The notes below the pieces were generated by a model, which saw nothing but the letters and a program-made list of their open reading frames with translations, made no database searches and was not told the origin of the DNA. The translations under genes were made by a program, and so were the position numbers. This document shows, piece after piece, positions 1-14,799 of a stretch of 64,000 nucleotides of DNA. This DNA is from Camelus dromedarius. Taxonomy: Eukaryota. The stretch's first letter is position 1, and each line of letters opens with the position of its first letter. The stretch spans positions 34,412,001 through 34,476,000 of the forward strand of contig NC_087437.1 of NCBI RefSeq assembly GCF_036321535.1, in the 5' to 3' direction.

Positions 1-2461
1 GTTAACTCAATTATTTTCTAGGGTATCTAAAATCTTCTAGAAGGCTATGCTTTATCTGAGTCTACTTTTTGAAAAATGAGTATCATATCATTTGAGAGCA
101 TTAAATTATCTGTGCTCCACTGTCTGACCCAGTTTTTGTAAATTCATTAGGAAAGTGAATCAAGGTTGTACAATTAATCTATGAAATATTAACCCATTTA
201 TATTCATAAAGTCAAGCTTTAAAAATTGTCTAGGATTCCTAAGTCAGACTATTGTTAGCAGTTGACTTTCTATGAATGAATAAATAAATCTTTCAGGAAT
301 TTACATTCTCAGCAAAATGAAATCTGAATCTGAGGATTCATGAGCAATCAATAAGATTTGTTTATTTAAATGGAAAGCCCAATTGATGCTAAGCAACAGG
401 AAGTAATCAGTAATCAACAGGGAGTAAATTTCAGTAAGATAAATGCTTGTGTTTAAGTGGCACCCTACTCCTTTCCTGCAATTTTTTCCCAGCCAGAACA
501 TAATTCAACTGAGAGCAAGTCTCAGTGGTTTTCAGGACTTAGAGAGTCTGATTTAGACCTACTCCAAAAAAACTCCTTGAAGTATTCCTTCTACTGTGTA
601 GGTTAGGTATTATATTGGGTCTAAATATCCTGTTCTGGCAATGACACCTAGAACTGTTCTGTATCAGAGGAACCTGCAGATGGCCAATGAGATGGCTGAC
701 CTCAGAAGGCACTTTTTCTGCTGTATTTGGTGAGTACACTCTTCTGGAACATTCTGTGGGGCTGCCAGGAGCTGATCTGGGCTTCAAAGTAAATCTCCAG
801 ATGAACAGAATTCAACTCACATAACCCGCCCAGAAAATGTAAGTCAAAATTTCAGATATTTCAAAAGTGATTCTTGGTGAGGACTGGAAGGGACTAGGGG
901 AGGAAAGCGTATTTGATAGTACAGTAGAATTATAGGTGCCTTCTTTATTTCCATTATTATAGTTACAATTATTGTGCAAAAAAGTAAATGTGTATTTTAA
1001 GTATAGACTATCAAATCTTCATGAATACACTCAGTGAAATTATATTTTCCTGGGTGTACACAAAACTATGACAAACATCTACCCCCAAGGAAATAATTCA
1101 GTAAACACATCTCCCATTGAGTTATACAGGATGTGACTCTAGTCCTTTAGTTGTGGTAAAAGGCATGGTTTGGGGTATAGGATGAGGAGCTAGGGACGCT
1201 TATGTCCTTTTTAACACTGAATTTGTGGCCCCATTTAGTCAGCTGTGTCACCATTTCCTTGTTTATCAATCTTACAAATCTTCAGAATACTTATTTCCCT
1301 GCTGGGACATGGAGATTATTCATTTCCTGCTTATAAAACAATTTTTAAACAATAATAATATTACAGAAAAACATATAGTAACACAGTATAAAACCAAATA
1401 AACTTATAGAGGAAAAGCTAAGTAATTCCTTTGTTATAACATGTGTTTTTTAACCACATTTCTTCAGTCAAAAAACAAACATGGAGTTATGCTAAAGAAG
1501 CAATCCTAAATTATGAGATCAATAGCTAAGTCTCATTAGTTCCATTTTCCTAACCACCAATATTCAAAATGCATATAACATCAAGAACTAAAAAAAGTCT
1601 TCATTATATTCATTCTTTAAATTTAAAATAGAATGTTGAGTATGAAACTACTATATATTTGGGTGGTTCTGGTGAAGATCATTATTGAAAGTGGATGAAT
1701 TAGCTTCATAAAGAAAAGAATGGTTTCTATTATTAAAAAATCCACTAGCATTTGAAACAAATCTGTAATATTTAAAATGTTTTTAAAAATATACTTATTA
1801 AAGCACTGAATTATTTCCAGTGCTACACTTCACTTTGCAAAGTCAGTATGGAAATAATAACATAGACTTCAGGTTAAATAACTTTAAAACAAAAAGTTTG
1901 GCAAATTATGTAATGCGATGTTATTAACTTCATCATTAACAAAAAATGGACAAAAATTAAAAGTTGTATAATTAAATATTTCTTGCTTTTTATGCTGGGA
2001 ATTTTTATTTATGCTCCATTTCAGTTAAGACACTCAAAAAGATCTTGTTTTTCTGACTTTGTACACTAAGATCATGTGACCTTTTTGACATTTTTTAAGA
2101 AACCACATGCACCTGGGGTTGTGTTAAATGTCAGACCCTTATCTCTCTGTAAAACAAATTATCTAAATTCTTTCAACCTGTTGAAGGCATTTTAAACCAC
2201 AGAAGAGGAGACAAAAATGTATTTCGATTGTTTTAAGGAAGTACATGGTCAAATATACCATGTTTTTCACATTCATACTAAAAGGTATCCCCTAAAAATG
2301 TTGTTTTTGCATGTTTTTAAGAATGCTTTTGAAACAAACTCTTCACTATTAGAATGAAGCCTTAGCTACCATTGCCTTGAGGGCAATACAGGTCTACACT
2401 GAGTGAATGGAAGTAAAGAACTTAGAGCAGCATCTGGCATTACAGAAGTACTATCTGTTGG

Positions 2462-2643
2462 CCACTACTACACTACTACTGCTACTACTACCACCACCAC
2501 CACTACTACTACTACTACTACCACTACTACCACCACCACTACTATTACTACCACCACTACTACCACTACTACCACCACCACTACTACTACTACCACCACT
2601 ACTACCACTACTGCTACTACCACCACCACCACCACTACTACTA

Positions 2644-2689
<46 letters not shown>
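2462..2689. repeat. compound trinucleotide microsatellite (CTA/CCA)n ending in pure (CTA)n
   Basis: Directly visible ACT/ACC repeat array; the source of the poly-T/poly-L/poly-V ORFs at 2403-2732. Confidence 0.97.
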
Positions 2690-2690
<1 letters not shown>

Positions 2691-4931
2691 TGTAATGCAA
2701 TAAACAACCATTTGTTATTGTGGTGTTCATAGTAGTAGGTACTCTTTTTTTGGCTGCTAAATCATTAAGAATTCAAAGGTAAAGAATGATTTCCCTTTCA
2801 TTCTATTTGTAGGGACATGTGCTAACAAATAAGTAATCAAGTGGGATCTATTTATTCCTCAAAAAAACAGCTTTTTGGTTGTGCATGTCACTGGGTCAGT
2901 ACAGAAAAAATACCTTAAGTGAAGGCATTTGTTTCTTTAGTTTCTATCCTCAGTCACCTCTCCCTTGGGGATCTCAATTTCCTCCATAGCTTCACCTTTC
3001 ACCTTCCTGTAACTGACTCTCACATTAATATTTCAGCTTTTACCTCTGAGCTCTAACACACTTCCTCTTGCCCCAAAGACATGCCAGAACTCCAAGCTCT
3101 ACATATTTATGTATCAACCCTCCACACATATCCCCTCTTTTATTCTTCCCTCTGAATTCTTTACCTCTCACAGGGTTATCCATTCCTCTCAGCCACTGAG
3201 ATTCACTTTTTTCAACTATCATCACTGCCTCTGTGCAAGCCTCACTGCACACTAGCATAGAACACCTCAGTAACCTTCATACTGGCCACTCCAATTTAAC
3301 CTGTGTCTTCTCTAGTTTATCCGACACATTACTGCTAAGGTAATTTTCCTAAAAAGACAGGACTTATTTATGACCTCGTGCTCATTTTTAAAAAAGATTT
3401 TATATGCTTATAGAATAAACACTAAACTCCTTCATTTAGCATCTGAGACTATCAGTGTCCTTGTCCCTCTGGCAGTACCATCCCTCACACAGCCTACACC
3501 CTGGCCCAGGGGACTTATGCTGCTCTAACTCTGTGCCTCTGATCATCTAAATTCCTCCACAACTCTACTTCATTGCCAACAAGTCCATTTCCTTACCTAA
3601 TTTCTTTATCCTTCAAAGCCCAGTCAAAAGATGCTGCAATATTTGCCAAGAAGCCTTTCTTTATACTTTCTCTCCCTTTAAAGTGTTAATCCGGCCTTCT
3701 TATCCTCCCAGAATACCTTAAAGCAATGTGCACATTCTGCATTATCCTTATATTTATCTCCTTTACTAAATTCATTATAGACAGGTTCCATGTTTTGTCA
3801 TCCCACTCTTCCATTTGAATATAGTATAGGGGAAATGTCCTTAAAGGTTTGTGGTATTATTCTATTCCAATTTTAACCTAAAATTAAAATATACAACGTA
3901 ACACAAGGTAGGGCTTCATTATAATTATTCCCAGCCTTTCCTTCTCTAATAAGGAAAAATAACTCCTGTAGGCACCAGTAAGAATCACTTTTTAAACAAA
4001 TTCTACCCTCCTCTCTTCCAAAAACACCAGGATTCTGTATTAGAGGAGAAGGTGATGGCCATGATTTTTTCAATCTTTATATCACACTCCAATCATTAAG
4101 AAATGAATTCAGGAATTTTTCTATTCACCTAGGAATTAGTACAATTAACATAAACATGTAGTAAAAAGAAAATCACAGGATGCTTTCAAAATTGTTTACA
4201 TAATTCCAAGTTTTACAATAGTTCAGTCTTCTGTTATTTCATTTTTGTGCCAAAACTTACAGTTTTTCTCCTCTCAGGAGGCAGGAGTCCCCCACCTCTA
4301 CCTCCCTTGGTCTTTTTATTTGAGCCTTTAGCATCAGCTCTCAGTAGGTCAGATTTACAATCACCCTCTAAACTTGTAGCCTCTAATAAATCAAACAAAC
4401 CTTACAGGGATTTTTCCTTCAGGATTAATGTCATTCTAACTCCTCTAATGAGTTTTCCCAGAGATAAAACAGAAGAAGTTTATGCCTTGTTAGGAAACTG
4501 TGGGTGGTACCAATGATCAAAAACTCAAAAATTAGAAGCATAATTCTATAGTGAATTTGTAATTCTTAATCTAGAAAAAGATATCAGATTACTCAATTGA
4601 AACACCAATAGGTTAACTAAAATGAAGTCTAACTAATTTGATTTTGCTCATAAATCTCATAATTAACATAAACTTTGAGTAAGAAGAATAACTAAGATTC
4701 AAATAGGATAAAAATGATCAGCACTTTCACAGCCATTTGATGTTAAGGAAATTACAGCTATTTGGAATGATGATATAAAATACCATGACGTGATCTGATG
4801 AATACATAATAAAATTACCTTTATTATAGGACACAACCTGTATTTTAGCTTTCAAGAGAATCCTATTTATCCATCTACCTGAGAAGAAGAAAAGAAAAAA
4901 GAGCACCACCCATCCCTCTCCAAAATAAATA

Positions 4932-6195
4932 CCTTACATAAAAACTAACTCAAAATGGATCACAGACCTAAATGTAAGCATCAAACCACTAAAAACTCTT
5001 AGAAGAAAACACAGGTATATAAATCTCAGTGAGTCTGAATTAGGCAATAGTTTCTTAAACATATACCAAAAGCAGAAACAATTACAGAAAATAAAAACAG
5101 ATAAATTGAACTTCATTAAAACTTTGGTGGGATAACAGTATGGAGGTTCCTTAGAAAACTAAAAATAGAGTTACCATATGCCCCAGAACTTCCACTCTTC
5201 GGCATATATCCAGAGAAAATTCTTAACTCGAAAAGATACATTCACCCCAATGTTCATAGCAGCTATTTACAATAGCCAAGACATGGAAGCAACCTAAATG
5301 TCCATTGACAGATGATTAGATAAGAATGGTGTGGTATATATATACAATGGAATACTACTTGGTCATAAAAAAGAATGAGATAATGCCATTTGCAGCAACA
5401 TGGATGGACCTAGAGATTATCATACCAAGTCAGACAGAGAAAGACAAATATCATATGACATCACTTGTATGTGGAATCTAAAAAAATGATACAAATGAAC
5501 TTAGAAAACAGAAAGAGACTCACAGACAGAGAAACAAACTTATGGTTAAATTAGGAGTTTAGGATTAGCAGATACAAACTACTATATACAAAATAAACAA
5601 CAAGATCCTACTATATAGCACAGGGAACTACACTCAGTATCTCATAATAACCTATAATGAAAAACATATGAAAAAGTAAATGTATGTATAATTGAATCAC
5701 TATGCTGCACACCAGAAACTAACACATTGTAAATCAACTATACATCAATATAAAAAGTGAAATAAAATAAAATAATAAAATTTTTGTGCTTCAAAAGATA
5801 TCAAGAAAGTGAAAAGGAAATCCACAGAATGGGGAAATCATATATCTAAGTTGCAAATCATACATCCAATAAGCGTCTATAATCAGAATATATAAACTCT
5901 TACAACTCAACAGTAAAAAGACAACCCAATTTAAAAATGTGCAAAGGACTTTAATAGATATTTCTCCAAAGATCTATAAATGGCCAAAAAGCGCATGAAA
6001 AGAGGCTCAAGTCATTAGTCATCAGGGAAATGCAAATCAAAACTACAATGAGATACCACTGTATAGTCACTAGGGTGATTATAATAATAATAATAAAAGA
6101 TAGACAATAACAGTGTTCAGGATTTGGAGAAATTGGAACCTTCATGTATTTGTAGTGGGAATGTAAAATGGTACATTCACTTTGGAAAACAACTT
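4932..6195 (+). mobile_element. old L1 ORF2 3' fragment interrupted by a younger L1 3' end (about 5126-5775)
   Basis: L1-typical text (aactcaaaatggatcacagacctaaatgtaag; atgcaaatcaaaactacaatgagatacc). The inner piece has gccatttgcagcaacatggatggacctagag and an A-rich tail; the outer element resumes at tttttgtgcttcaaaag. Confidence 0.85.
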
Positions 6196-8507
6196 GAGGA
6201 AGTCTTTAATTTAGTGATATGGAACTACCTCCAAGATAGTTCATGATTCAAGTGAAAAAAAGCAAGGAGCATACTGTAGTAGATATAGTACACCACTTGT
6301 TTATAAAAGAAAAAAAAAGAACATATAAAAACATATTTGCTACACAAGAAAATGGTAACACTAGTTGCCTCTGGTAATGTTTGCTGAGTGGCAGGAAGAC
6401 AGGGGTAATATGAGAGACAAGGGTAGTATTTAAAAGATAACTTTACATCCTTTTTTAATGCTTTAAATTCTGAACCATGTGAATGAAGTATCAAAAATTA
6501 ATACTTAAACATATTTAAGTGCTCACTGCAAGGCACATACTAACAATCAAAATTGTATGATCATTATTATTGAAAACAGAAGTTGTAAACTCAAATCCCT
6601 TCAGAGATTTATGTTGTGTTCTACCATATGAATAAGTGAAGTATAGAGTGTAAGACAAGTGAGAGAAGCTTAAAATCCAACTAGAAGTGGAGCAGCTGCT
6701 ACTGAACTCCAGCTGATTATATTTACTCTGGAAAACAGACATAATGTTGCCAGGTTTTCCAAATTTTCAAAAGATACCAAAAATCCAAATATGTGAAATA
6801 TCCTGATTTTTAATGTTGGGCCTGTACCATGCTAGTGGGCCAGATTCAGCCCACAGGCCATCTGATTATTACCTGGGATGTATAAAAAGCCCTTAATTTA
6901 TGAACAATATATTGAGCTTCCAAACTGTCTTTGCATATTCTCTGTAAGAGTAAAATAAGTAGCAGTTTTGTTTCCAGATTCATTTTATAGGTAAACTATA
7001 GTACTGAACCAATAGCACTATGTCACCTACCCTCTATGATTAACAATGTTTATATTAAACAACTTAGTCTAAGTTTCAACTTGAGATTTTGAAAAGTCCA
7101 AAATGGCAAATCCAAGGATAATAAAACGGAAGGAAGTGACTGGGAAGAATTTGAAGAAAGGTAAGGAGACTTAGATGGACATAGGTGAAGGATCTTAGGC
7201 AAAAATTCAAATTATTATTGTGGGTAATGAGATAAGCTTTCAAAATTTCTCTGAAGATCTGTGTCTTCTGTAGACAACAAATTTAGCAAAAGAGAAAAAG
7301 AAAGGAGAAAAGGATGTGTCTCAGCAGCAGCAACAGCTGAAAAGAACTGAAGCCTCAGCTCCAAGGGGGTGGTGATGATCTCTAAAAGAATTCTGTAGTT
7401 GCTCATAAGTCAGACATCATAAGGTAAGAATGCCAAATAACTAGCCCTAACAAAAATTATAAAGCCAAAAGTAAATCCCCATGCCTACTAGAAGATTAAC
7501 TAAAACTTATTTTCTAAAGGTACACTTTATTACTAAAGGAACAAGAAATTGACTCTTTTTTTTCCTAACTGAAATTCACTCATGAATGTTTCTATGAACT
7601 TTACATTTTCTACTCATGGATAAATATTCTATTTGGAGATCACCTATGGCAAAGATGTAACCTCAGGAGATAACCACTCCCTAGTACCTATGGTTATCTT
7701 TGCTAGCATTTGGTTAATGTGTAGCTAAATAAATGCCTAACTATTTTAACACTACCCTAAGAGTAAACATGATTTAAAAAATAAAATCTGGTAATTTTTG
7801 GAAGTCAGATATTAGTGATGCTTCATGATACGACTTTATCTTGTAATTCTGAAGAATAGTCTTTAAGTTTTTCAGCAACCTGTATGAAGTTCAGCTGATT
7901 TGTGCTCAGGACAACATTAAAACTGCTTTATTGCTCCTAGGTAAACCTAATTAGGAAAATAAACTTGCTATATGGAAAAAATCATGTGTAATCTAAATCC
8001 CAACAGGAATGACCACTGGATTGAATTCAATAGGCACGTTTTTCCAGTTAACATGGAAAGCCAAGATGCTGCTCTAAGTAGTTGTAGCTTACCAAGTTTT
8101 GGATTATGAGGGTGTCCGCTCCCCTCCATCAGTATACAAACCATATGTACAACATAATTTATAAAGGGTGCTAATATTATGAAGTCATTAGAACTTTTTA
8201 AGTAAGGAGATAGATATTTCCTATAATTATTATTTACTTAACTAGACACCTAATTCTTTTCTAGATAGGATATGCTCATAATGCTTCAAAATTATTTTTA
8301 AAAAAATCATTAGCCTTTAACTCCATTTATACAGAGTCACCAACAAAGAAAAAACTTTTGAGTGTTTCTTATATTTCTTGACTCAAATAACACATGGCCC
8401 ATCAGAAAACATGGAAAAAGTGTAAATAGAAACAAGAGATTTCAGGTTTTGAGCCTGACCAAAATTAGTCTAAGGAACTATTAGACTGTTTTTACAGGAA
8501 AATGTTA

Positions 8508-8630
<123 letters not shown>

Positions 8631-9204
8631 TTAATCTATATAAAATAAATTTAAACATTAAACTTGCATATAAAACCCAGCAGTACCTATATTAATCCAC
8701 ATTTGAAATTCAGACATGAGTTACTCTAATTAAATGACACTGATTCATAACTATAAAATTTAACTGAAATTACTTTGAACAATTTTATCAAAGTAGCCTA
8801 ACTCCATGACAAATTATTTTTTTCCTTTAATCTTAGAAGGTTTATGATTATTTTATTCAAATCATGCTTTTATTTTCGCTGAAATCTCTATCTTAGAATT
8901 TTAAGTGCTTTCAGTGTAATGAGAAGAGTTGCAGCCAAACTCCAGTGAGTTGGGGACTGAATGGAATGAAGTAATAGACTATTCTTTTGAAGAGTTTGCC
9001 AGAAAGGGGAAGAAAGAAAGAGGAAGTTGTAGCTAGAGAGTTATTTGTTGGATGAGGGATTTTTATTTCTTTTTTCTCAATTTTCAAGATGAATGACATC
9101 TGAACACATGTATATGATGGGGGGGGGGTGGAAAAGGAGAAGTTGAAGAAAAAGGCAAGAGAAGGGACAACTCACTGATAAATGTCCTACAAAAAGCCCA
9201 GAGG

Positions 9205-9743
9205 ATGGTTTGGTGGTTTTAAAACACATCCACAAATTCTTTGGTATTCCCCCTATTAAGAAGTGAAGCTCAATTTCCCTCTCCTTCAGTTTGGGCTATT
9301 TAATGACTTGCTTCTAATAGAATATAGTGGAAATGATGGAGTATGACTTCCAAGGTGGGTCATAAGATATATTGTGGCTTCCATCATGCTCTGTCTTACA
9401 TCACTCACTCAGGCAGAAGCTCCAGCTGTCATGTTGTGAGAACACTCAAGCAGCCTTATGGAGAGGCCCACATTGTGAGGAACTAAGTAGGGTCTCCTAC
9501 AACAGTCACAGAGGAAGTAAGATTTCTTGCCAAAAACCATGTGAGTGAGATCTTGGAAGCAGACCCCCCAGTCCAAATAGGGCTTCATATGAGTGCAGCT
9601 CCATCCAACCTCTCGATTCTGAGACAGAACCACCCAGTTAAATTGTTCCCTGTCCCACAGAAATTGTGAGATAATACATGTTTATTACCTTAAGTCACTA
9701 ACTTTTGGGATAATTTGTTATGCAGCAATAGGTTATTAACATA
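9205..9743. mobile_element. MaLR (MLT1-type) solo LTR
   Basis: Typical motifs: tccacaaattctttgg...gagtatgacttccaagg; agaaattgtgagataatacatgttt...tttgttatgcagcaatag. Confidence 0.75.
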
Positions 9744-10076
9744 ATAGGTGAAGATGAGAATCCTTGCAGTAGGGCAGGAGATGGAAGACAGATAGAAGGT
9801 GGGTAAAGGTCAGTTAAATGAGAATATTTTGAATTGTAGAATTTTTAAGAAATAAAACTTTTATTTACCCCATACTTGATTATTCCAAAACCTTCTGTAA
9901 CAGAATATTCTCCTTAAGCCATATAAGAAAACCAATATTCCATTCTGAATTATAACACTATATAGCAGTCTAGATCAATAATGTGTCAATTATTTGCTAT
10001 TAGACAATGAAAGACACCATTGCTAAATGAAAATATTCTGTTCCTTTAAAAATTTTTCCTTAAAAAATTCCTTTAA

Positions 10077-10157
10077 GGGGTGGGAGTATAGCTCATCAGT
10101 AGAGAACATGCTTAGCATGCATGAGGTCCTGGGTTCAATTCCCAGTACCTCCATTAA
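10077..10157 (+). mobile_element. tRNA-derived SINE (Vic-1-like), short form
   Basis: GGGG...TATAGCTCA...AGTAGAG (A box), GGGTTCAATTCCC (B box), A tail; TSD aaaaaattcctttaa (10062-10076) / aaaaaattcatttaa (10158-10172). Confidence 0.88.
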
Positions 10158-10171
10158 AAAAAATTCATTTA

Positions 10172-10318
<147 letters not shown>

Positions 10319-11353
10319 TTATATTTGGGAAATCTGTTTTACTAAATTAATTTCTCCAATCAAACATCTGTTGAGGACCAACTACTAGACTAGTTAACAT
10401 AATGCTAGGCATCAGAGATACAAGGTACAAATAATATAATTACTCTTACTCTCAAAGAGCACACAAATCTATTAGAAAACAGGCAAAAAAAAAAATTATA
10501 AGCCTTGAAACAAGTGGTATTCAGAAACATATATATGATGTTATGTTGTCTTCAGAGAGACAACAAAATTCTATTGGGATATGGTCAAATGGGGTCAAGA
10601 AGAATGTCAAGAAAGCCTTCTATTTAAGCATAGTTTTGTATTCTTGGCTTGTTTTTTTTGGGGGGGGGGGGGTGGGTGCGCTCCAGAAAAGTTGGAAAAG
10701 TTGTAGAGGAGAGGAACTAGGATAAATGGTGTTAAAAGTTAAAATGATGCATATTTTAAAATATTGAAATTTATTTGTACCAAAATCAATTCCAATCCAA
10801 CAAGGCCAAAACCTTAAGTGGTTAGGAACGCTCCACTGACAGGAGCTCAGGAAGAGACTTTAACAGAGAAAATGCAGAAGCAAAAATAAGGACATTATTG
10901 ATCGGCTACAGCTTAAAGCCTAGTTGGCTGTTTGCGACTGGTTCCTTAGGTTTCAATTCCGTAACCTTGAAGCATTCATTTACAAGCTTAGATTTTAGTT
11001 TGCTTAGGTATAAAGCATTAAGAGCCACCTCAAGCCTAAAGACGTCTTTGTTTAACTAATTTAATAATTGATAATCCAAATTTTAAAACTTCTGCCTTAT
11101 TCAATTTTATACTGAAGCTATGCACCAGGTAAACCAAAAGAACTTGGTTGCCATCCTCAAAAAGTTCACGCACATATAGGCAAAAAAGTAAAAAACTTAT
11201 AACTTTAAAGGACCTAAGCAAACTATATAAGAGATGACAAGGGGACAAATCAACTGTGCACAGAAGTGCTACAGGAAGCCAAAAAAAGCTCAGTGTGGTT
11301 CTGCATTATCATGAAGCCTAGTAATATATAGTTTGTAATAAAATAACTAAGTA

Positions 11354-11686
11354 CAGCTGGTCCTCTGTACCCACGGGTTCTGCATCCTTGTACTCAACCA
11401 ACTGATCAAAAAAACACTCCAGAAAGTTCCTAAAGCAGAATTTGAATTTGCCCTGCACCAGCAACTATTTACATAGCATTTACATTGTATTTACAACTAT
11501 TTATGTAACATTTATATTGTGTTAGGTATTATAAGTAATCTAGAGATGACTTAGAGTGTATAGGAGAATGTGTATAGGTTATGTGCAAATAAGATGCCAT
11601 TTTATATGAGGGACTTGAGCATCTGTGGATTTTGGTATCTCCAGGGGTCCTGGAACCAATTCCCCTTGGATACTGAGGGAAAGCTG
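11354..11686 (-). mobile_element. MER2-like Tigger (Tc1/mariner) non-autonomous DNA transposon
   Basis: TA TSDs at both ends and imperfect TIRs (CAGCTGGTCCTCTGTA / revcomp CAGCTTTCCCTCAGTA); minus strand begins with the MER2-like CCCTCAGTATCC..GGGGAATTGGTTCCAGGACCCC. Confidence 0.8.
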
Positions 11687-14600
11687 TAGAGAAATTAGAA
11701 ACTTTTTCCCAAATCAAAAAAATGTGTATATTTTTTGCAGTAAAAGAAAATGTGGCTTGCCTCATCAAATTTTGCCTTAGAGGATTTATTCTGTTTGAAT
11801 TCATTTTTAACTTAAGGCTTTTCAAGATTTTGGCCTAATATGAACAATTTATTAAAAATATATGTAAGTCAGATGCTTAAGATGGCTTTAAAATACTTCT
11901 TTGTAGAACTCTAATACAGACAGCTTTAAGATATTTTATACCTAGCACTCTGTGGTTATTTCACTGACCACCAACCCATTCCCACCAACAAAGTCATTCC
12001 TTCTTTTTACACATAGTGCACGTTATTATATAGCTCTGTTGCAGCATTTTTTATTGGGCTGTGATTCTTTTCAGGGGGCCATGACTTTGCCATGTTTTTA
12101 TTCTCAATAGTACTTTTACATAAGCAGCATTTGTTAAATTTAATCTACTCGTAACCATACTTAGTAACTTAAAAAAAAGACTACTTTGACATTCTTTTCT
12201 TTCTCATTAAACTGGATAGCTCTCTTTTCCCATTACCTACTTTCTGGACCCTCATCAATAAGCTACCCCTTTTCTTCATCTAACCACCCACTAGCACCAC
12301 CTGCTTTCCCTCTCATCTTTCTTTTAATTTTATATTTACTTCTGGGTCATTTTTCAATGTAACAAGATTACTTTGAATTCAATTGTGCTATTACTCTCTT
12401 TATGAGACTAACTTAAAATTAACTTGGATGTACATTGTTAATGCATTGCTTTACAGAGAAAATACAAGGGGGAAAAATCTCAAAAGAGGAAATTGTAAAG
12501 ATGACACAAAGTGAGTGGCCATTATTTACTTTATCCAAGTCCGTTTCATTAAATGTTAGCACATTTCCTAATACAGAATATCCACATACTAAATGACTGC
12601 TGCACATAATGAATGAATCTATCACCAAGCGATGAACCAAATAACTCCTGAGCCAGAAATGAAGGGTCCAGAAATTTCCTTTCAATCTTTTTTGTATTTT
12701 GGAAATTTTATATATTTAGGTCACTGATATTGTTCTTCTAAAATACCTAATACTGAATTTCTGACAGGTACTGAAATTGTTCTTGCTTTCCATGACCTCA
12801 CAGAAGTCATATACTGGGACAACTAACGTCTGCTCTTTGCATTGACTTGGCACTCAATATAAATCTTTGGCTTTTGTAAGTTTGTCTGATTGTTACAAAT
12901 TGTTTGAATAGCATACCCAGAGTTAAGCATAAATATAAAATTTCATACATCAAAAATTTTTTAAAGCATAAATGCCTTTCAACTATTTTGGTTCTTCTCT
13001 CCAGATTTTCTATAACCTTTTAAAAATGCAAGACCAAAACAAGAGAGCAAATTTATTCCAATTATTTGCTAGGGGTAGGGTAGGGAAGAGAATATAATCA
13101 ATACAATTCATTCGTTGATTTTATTGATACAATTCATTGATTAAACAAGGGATGATTTGGCTAAAGAACATGAATATTTAAATCCTGAGGCATAAAATTA
13201 ATCTCTTATTATTAAAGAAAAGGTAAACTAAAAAGAGGAAAAAGAACAGAGGAAGTAGATTAAACCTATATGAAACACATTTCTTAAAGGTAGAAATGCC
13301 TTAAGAATGTCCATGGAAACATGAGAAGGCTTGGAATAGGGTGTTAGGAATAAGGGCACATGAGCACTTTTGCAGACTGCTTAATAGCAGAAATGTTTTG
13401 GCAGATGGTTGCAAAAAGCCACAAAGAGATCAATAACTGCTAACTTCTGATGAAAAGAAATGAACACACAAATTCTTTTTAGAGTGGGATTTTAAAATGT
13501 ACATATTAACTAATAAGAGAATATGAGGATTACTTTAAGATATTTAATACAATGTATAAAAAAGTCAACTTTCACTAAATATAATTTAAGGAGTGTTTAT
13601 TGGCTTTACAAAAGATTTTATACCAGAATTCCTTTATATAGCAGCTCCCTTAATGCATTTTAAATAATTCTTTTTTAAATATAAATCTTTTAACACACTG
13701 TTAAAGAAATATCTCCTCCAAAAAGTGGGATACAGCTGCATGAAATATTCAAAGAGGTCATAATATTGAAGAGAGAATTATTGGTGAGACAAAATACATG
13801 GCAAAAAGTCTGCTTTATGTATTTCAGGACCTGCCCCCAAATCCCATGGATCGTTTTCAAATGTTACAACTAACAAAGAAGATGGCGAGGGTAAGACAAA
13901 GGGAACACTGAAAGAGTGATAAACAAACTCAAAAACTGTAACTCTTTTTGCCAGTCTTGGGGGAGAAAAATCAAGAGAAGAAAGTAGGTGCCTACTTAAG
14001 CAATGAACTAAATCTTGAAGAAATTTGTTTTTAAGTATTGGGTTAACATCATACAAAATGAAAAAGTCCTAGAGATGAGCTGTACAACACTGTGCTTACT
14101 GTTAATACTGCACTATAAAAATTTAAAATTTGTTAAAAGGGTGCATCTCATATGTTTTTTAACCAGAATAACACTTTTTTATAGTATTAGATTAGCAAAG
14201 AATACAGCCTTGATATACAAAATGACCTCAGATGTTTATCTGGCAGGAAACCCTTGACCACCTTCAGATAGCATTCCCTTTCTTCTTTTTGTGAACATTT
14301 CTTTTTCATTTCTGGATTCTGTTTTCTGTCTTACTTTTCCACTTCTTTGCTTAGAACTATCATCCTTTGCCCTCTCTTTCACAAGATCCGAGATATTCCT
14401 CACCCCAGCCTGGGAGAAAATAACTACTTTGCTTTGGTTCTCTCTTCTTTCTACATCTAGTTGTGGCATGTTATGTTATCTTATTTATTGGGTTTTGGTT
14501 TTGTTTTTGTTTTTTTTGAAGTAAACCAAAAAATAAAATTAAACACTATAGTTTCTCAAGAGTCATAATACATTTTCCCTTATTTATTATTGTCTTGCAA

Positions 14601-14799
14601 ATTTATATTTAAATTATATTTTACTTCAGACTTTTTTCCCTTTCAGAAAGTGTTTAAACTAAAGCCTATGTGAAATAGAGACCCAAACAACTATTCTTTA
14701 GTTAAATGTAATCAAGCAATCTTAATAATTCAGGGAAACACTCATACAATAGAAATTATCAAGACATTATATTTATTGTCCATATTCACCAGATAAAAG

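Noticed and set aside
539..787. Possible IFT80 exon 6
   Set aside because: No frame matches the expected GTPVYSVAWGPD... continuation; exon 6 probably lies beyond the left edge.
2403..2732. Poly-Thr/Leu/Pro/Val ORFs resembling mucin or membrane proteins
   Set aside because: They are translations of the trinucleotide microsatellite.
10077..10157. tRNA-like sequences here and at 30346 and 50474
   Set aside because: They have A-rich tails, TSDs and broken cloverleaf pairing, so they are SINEs, not tRNA genes.
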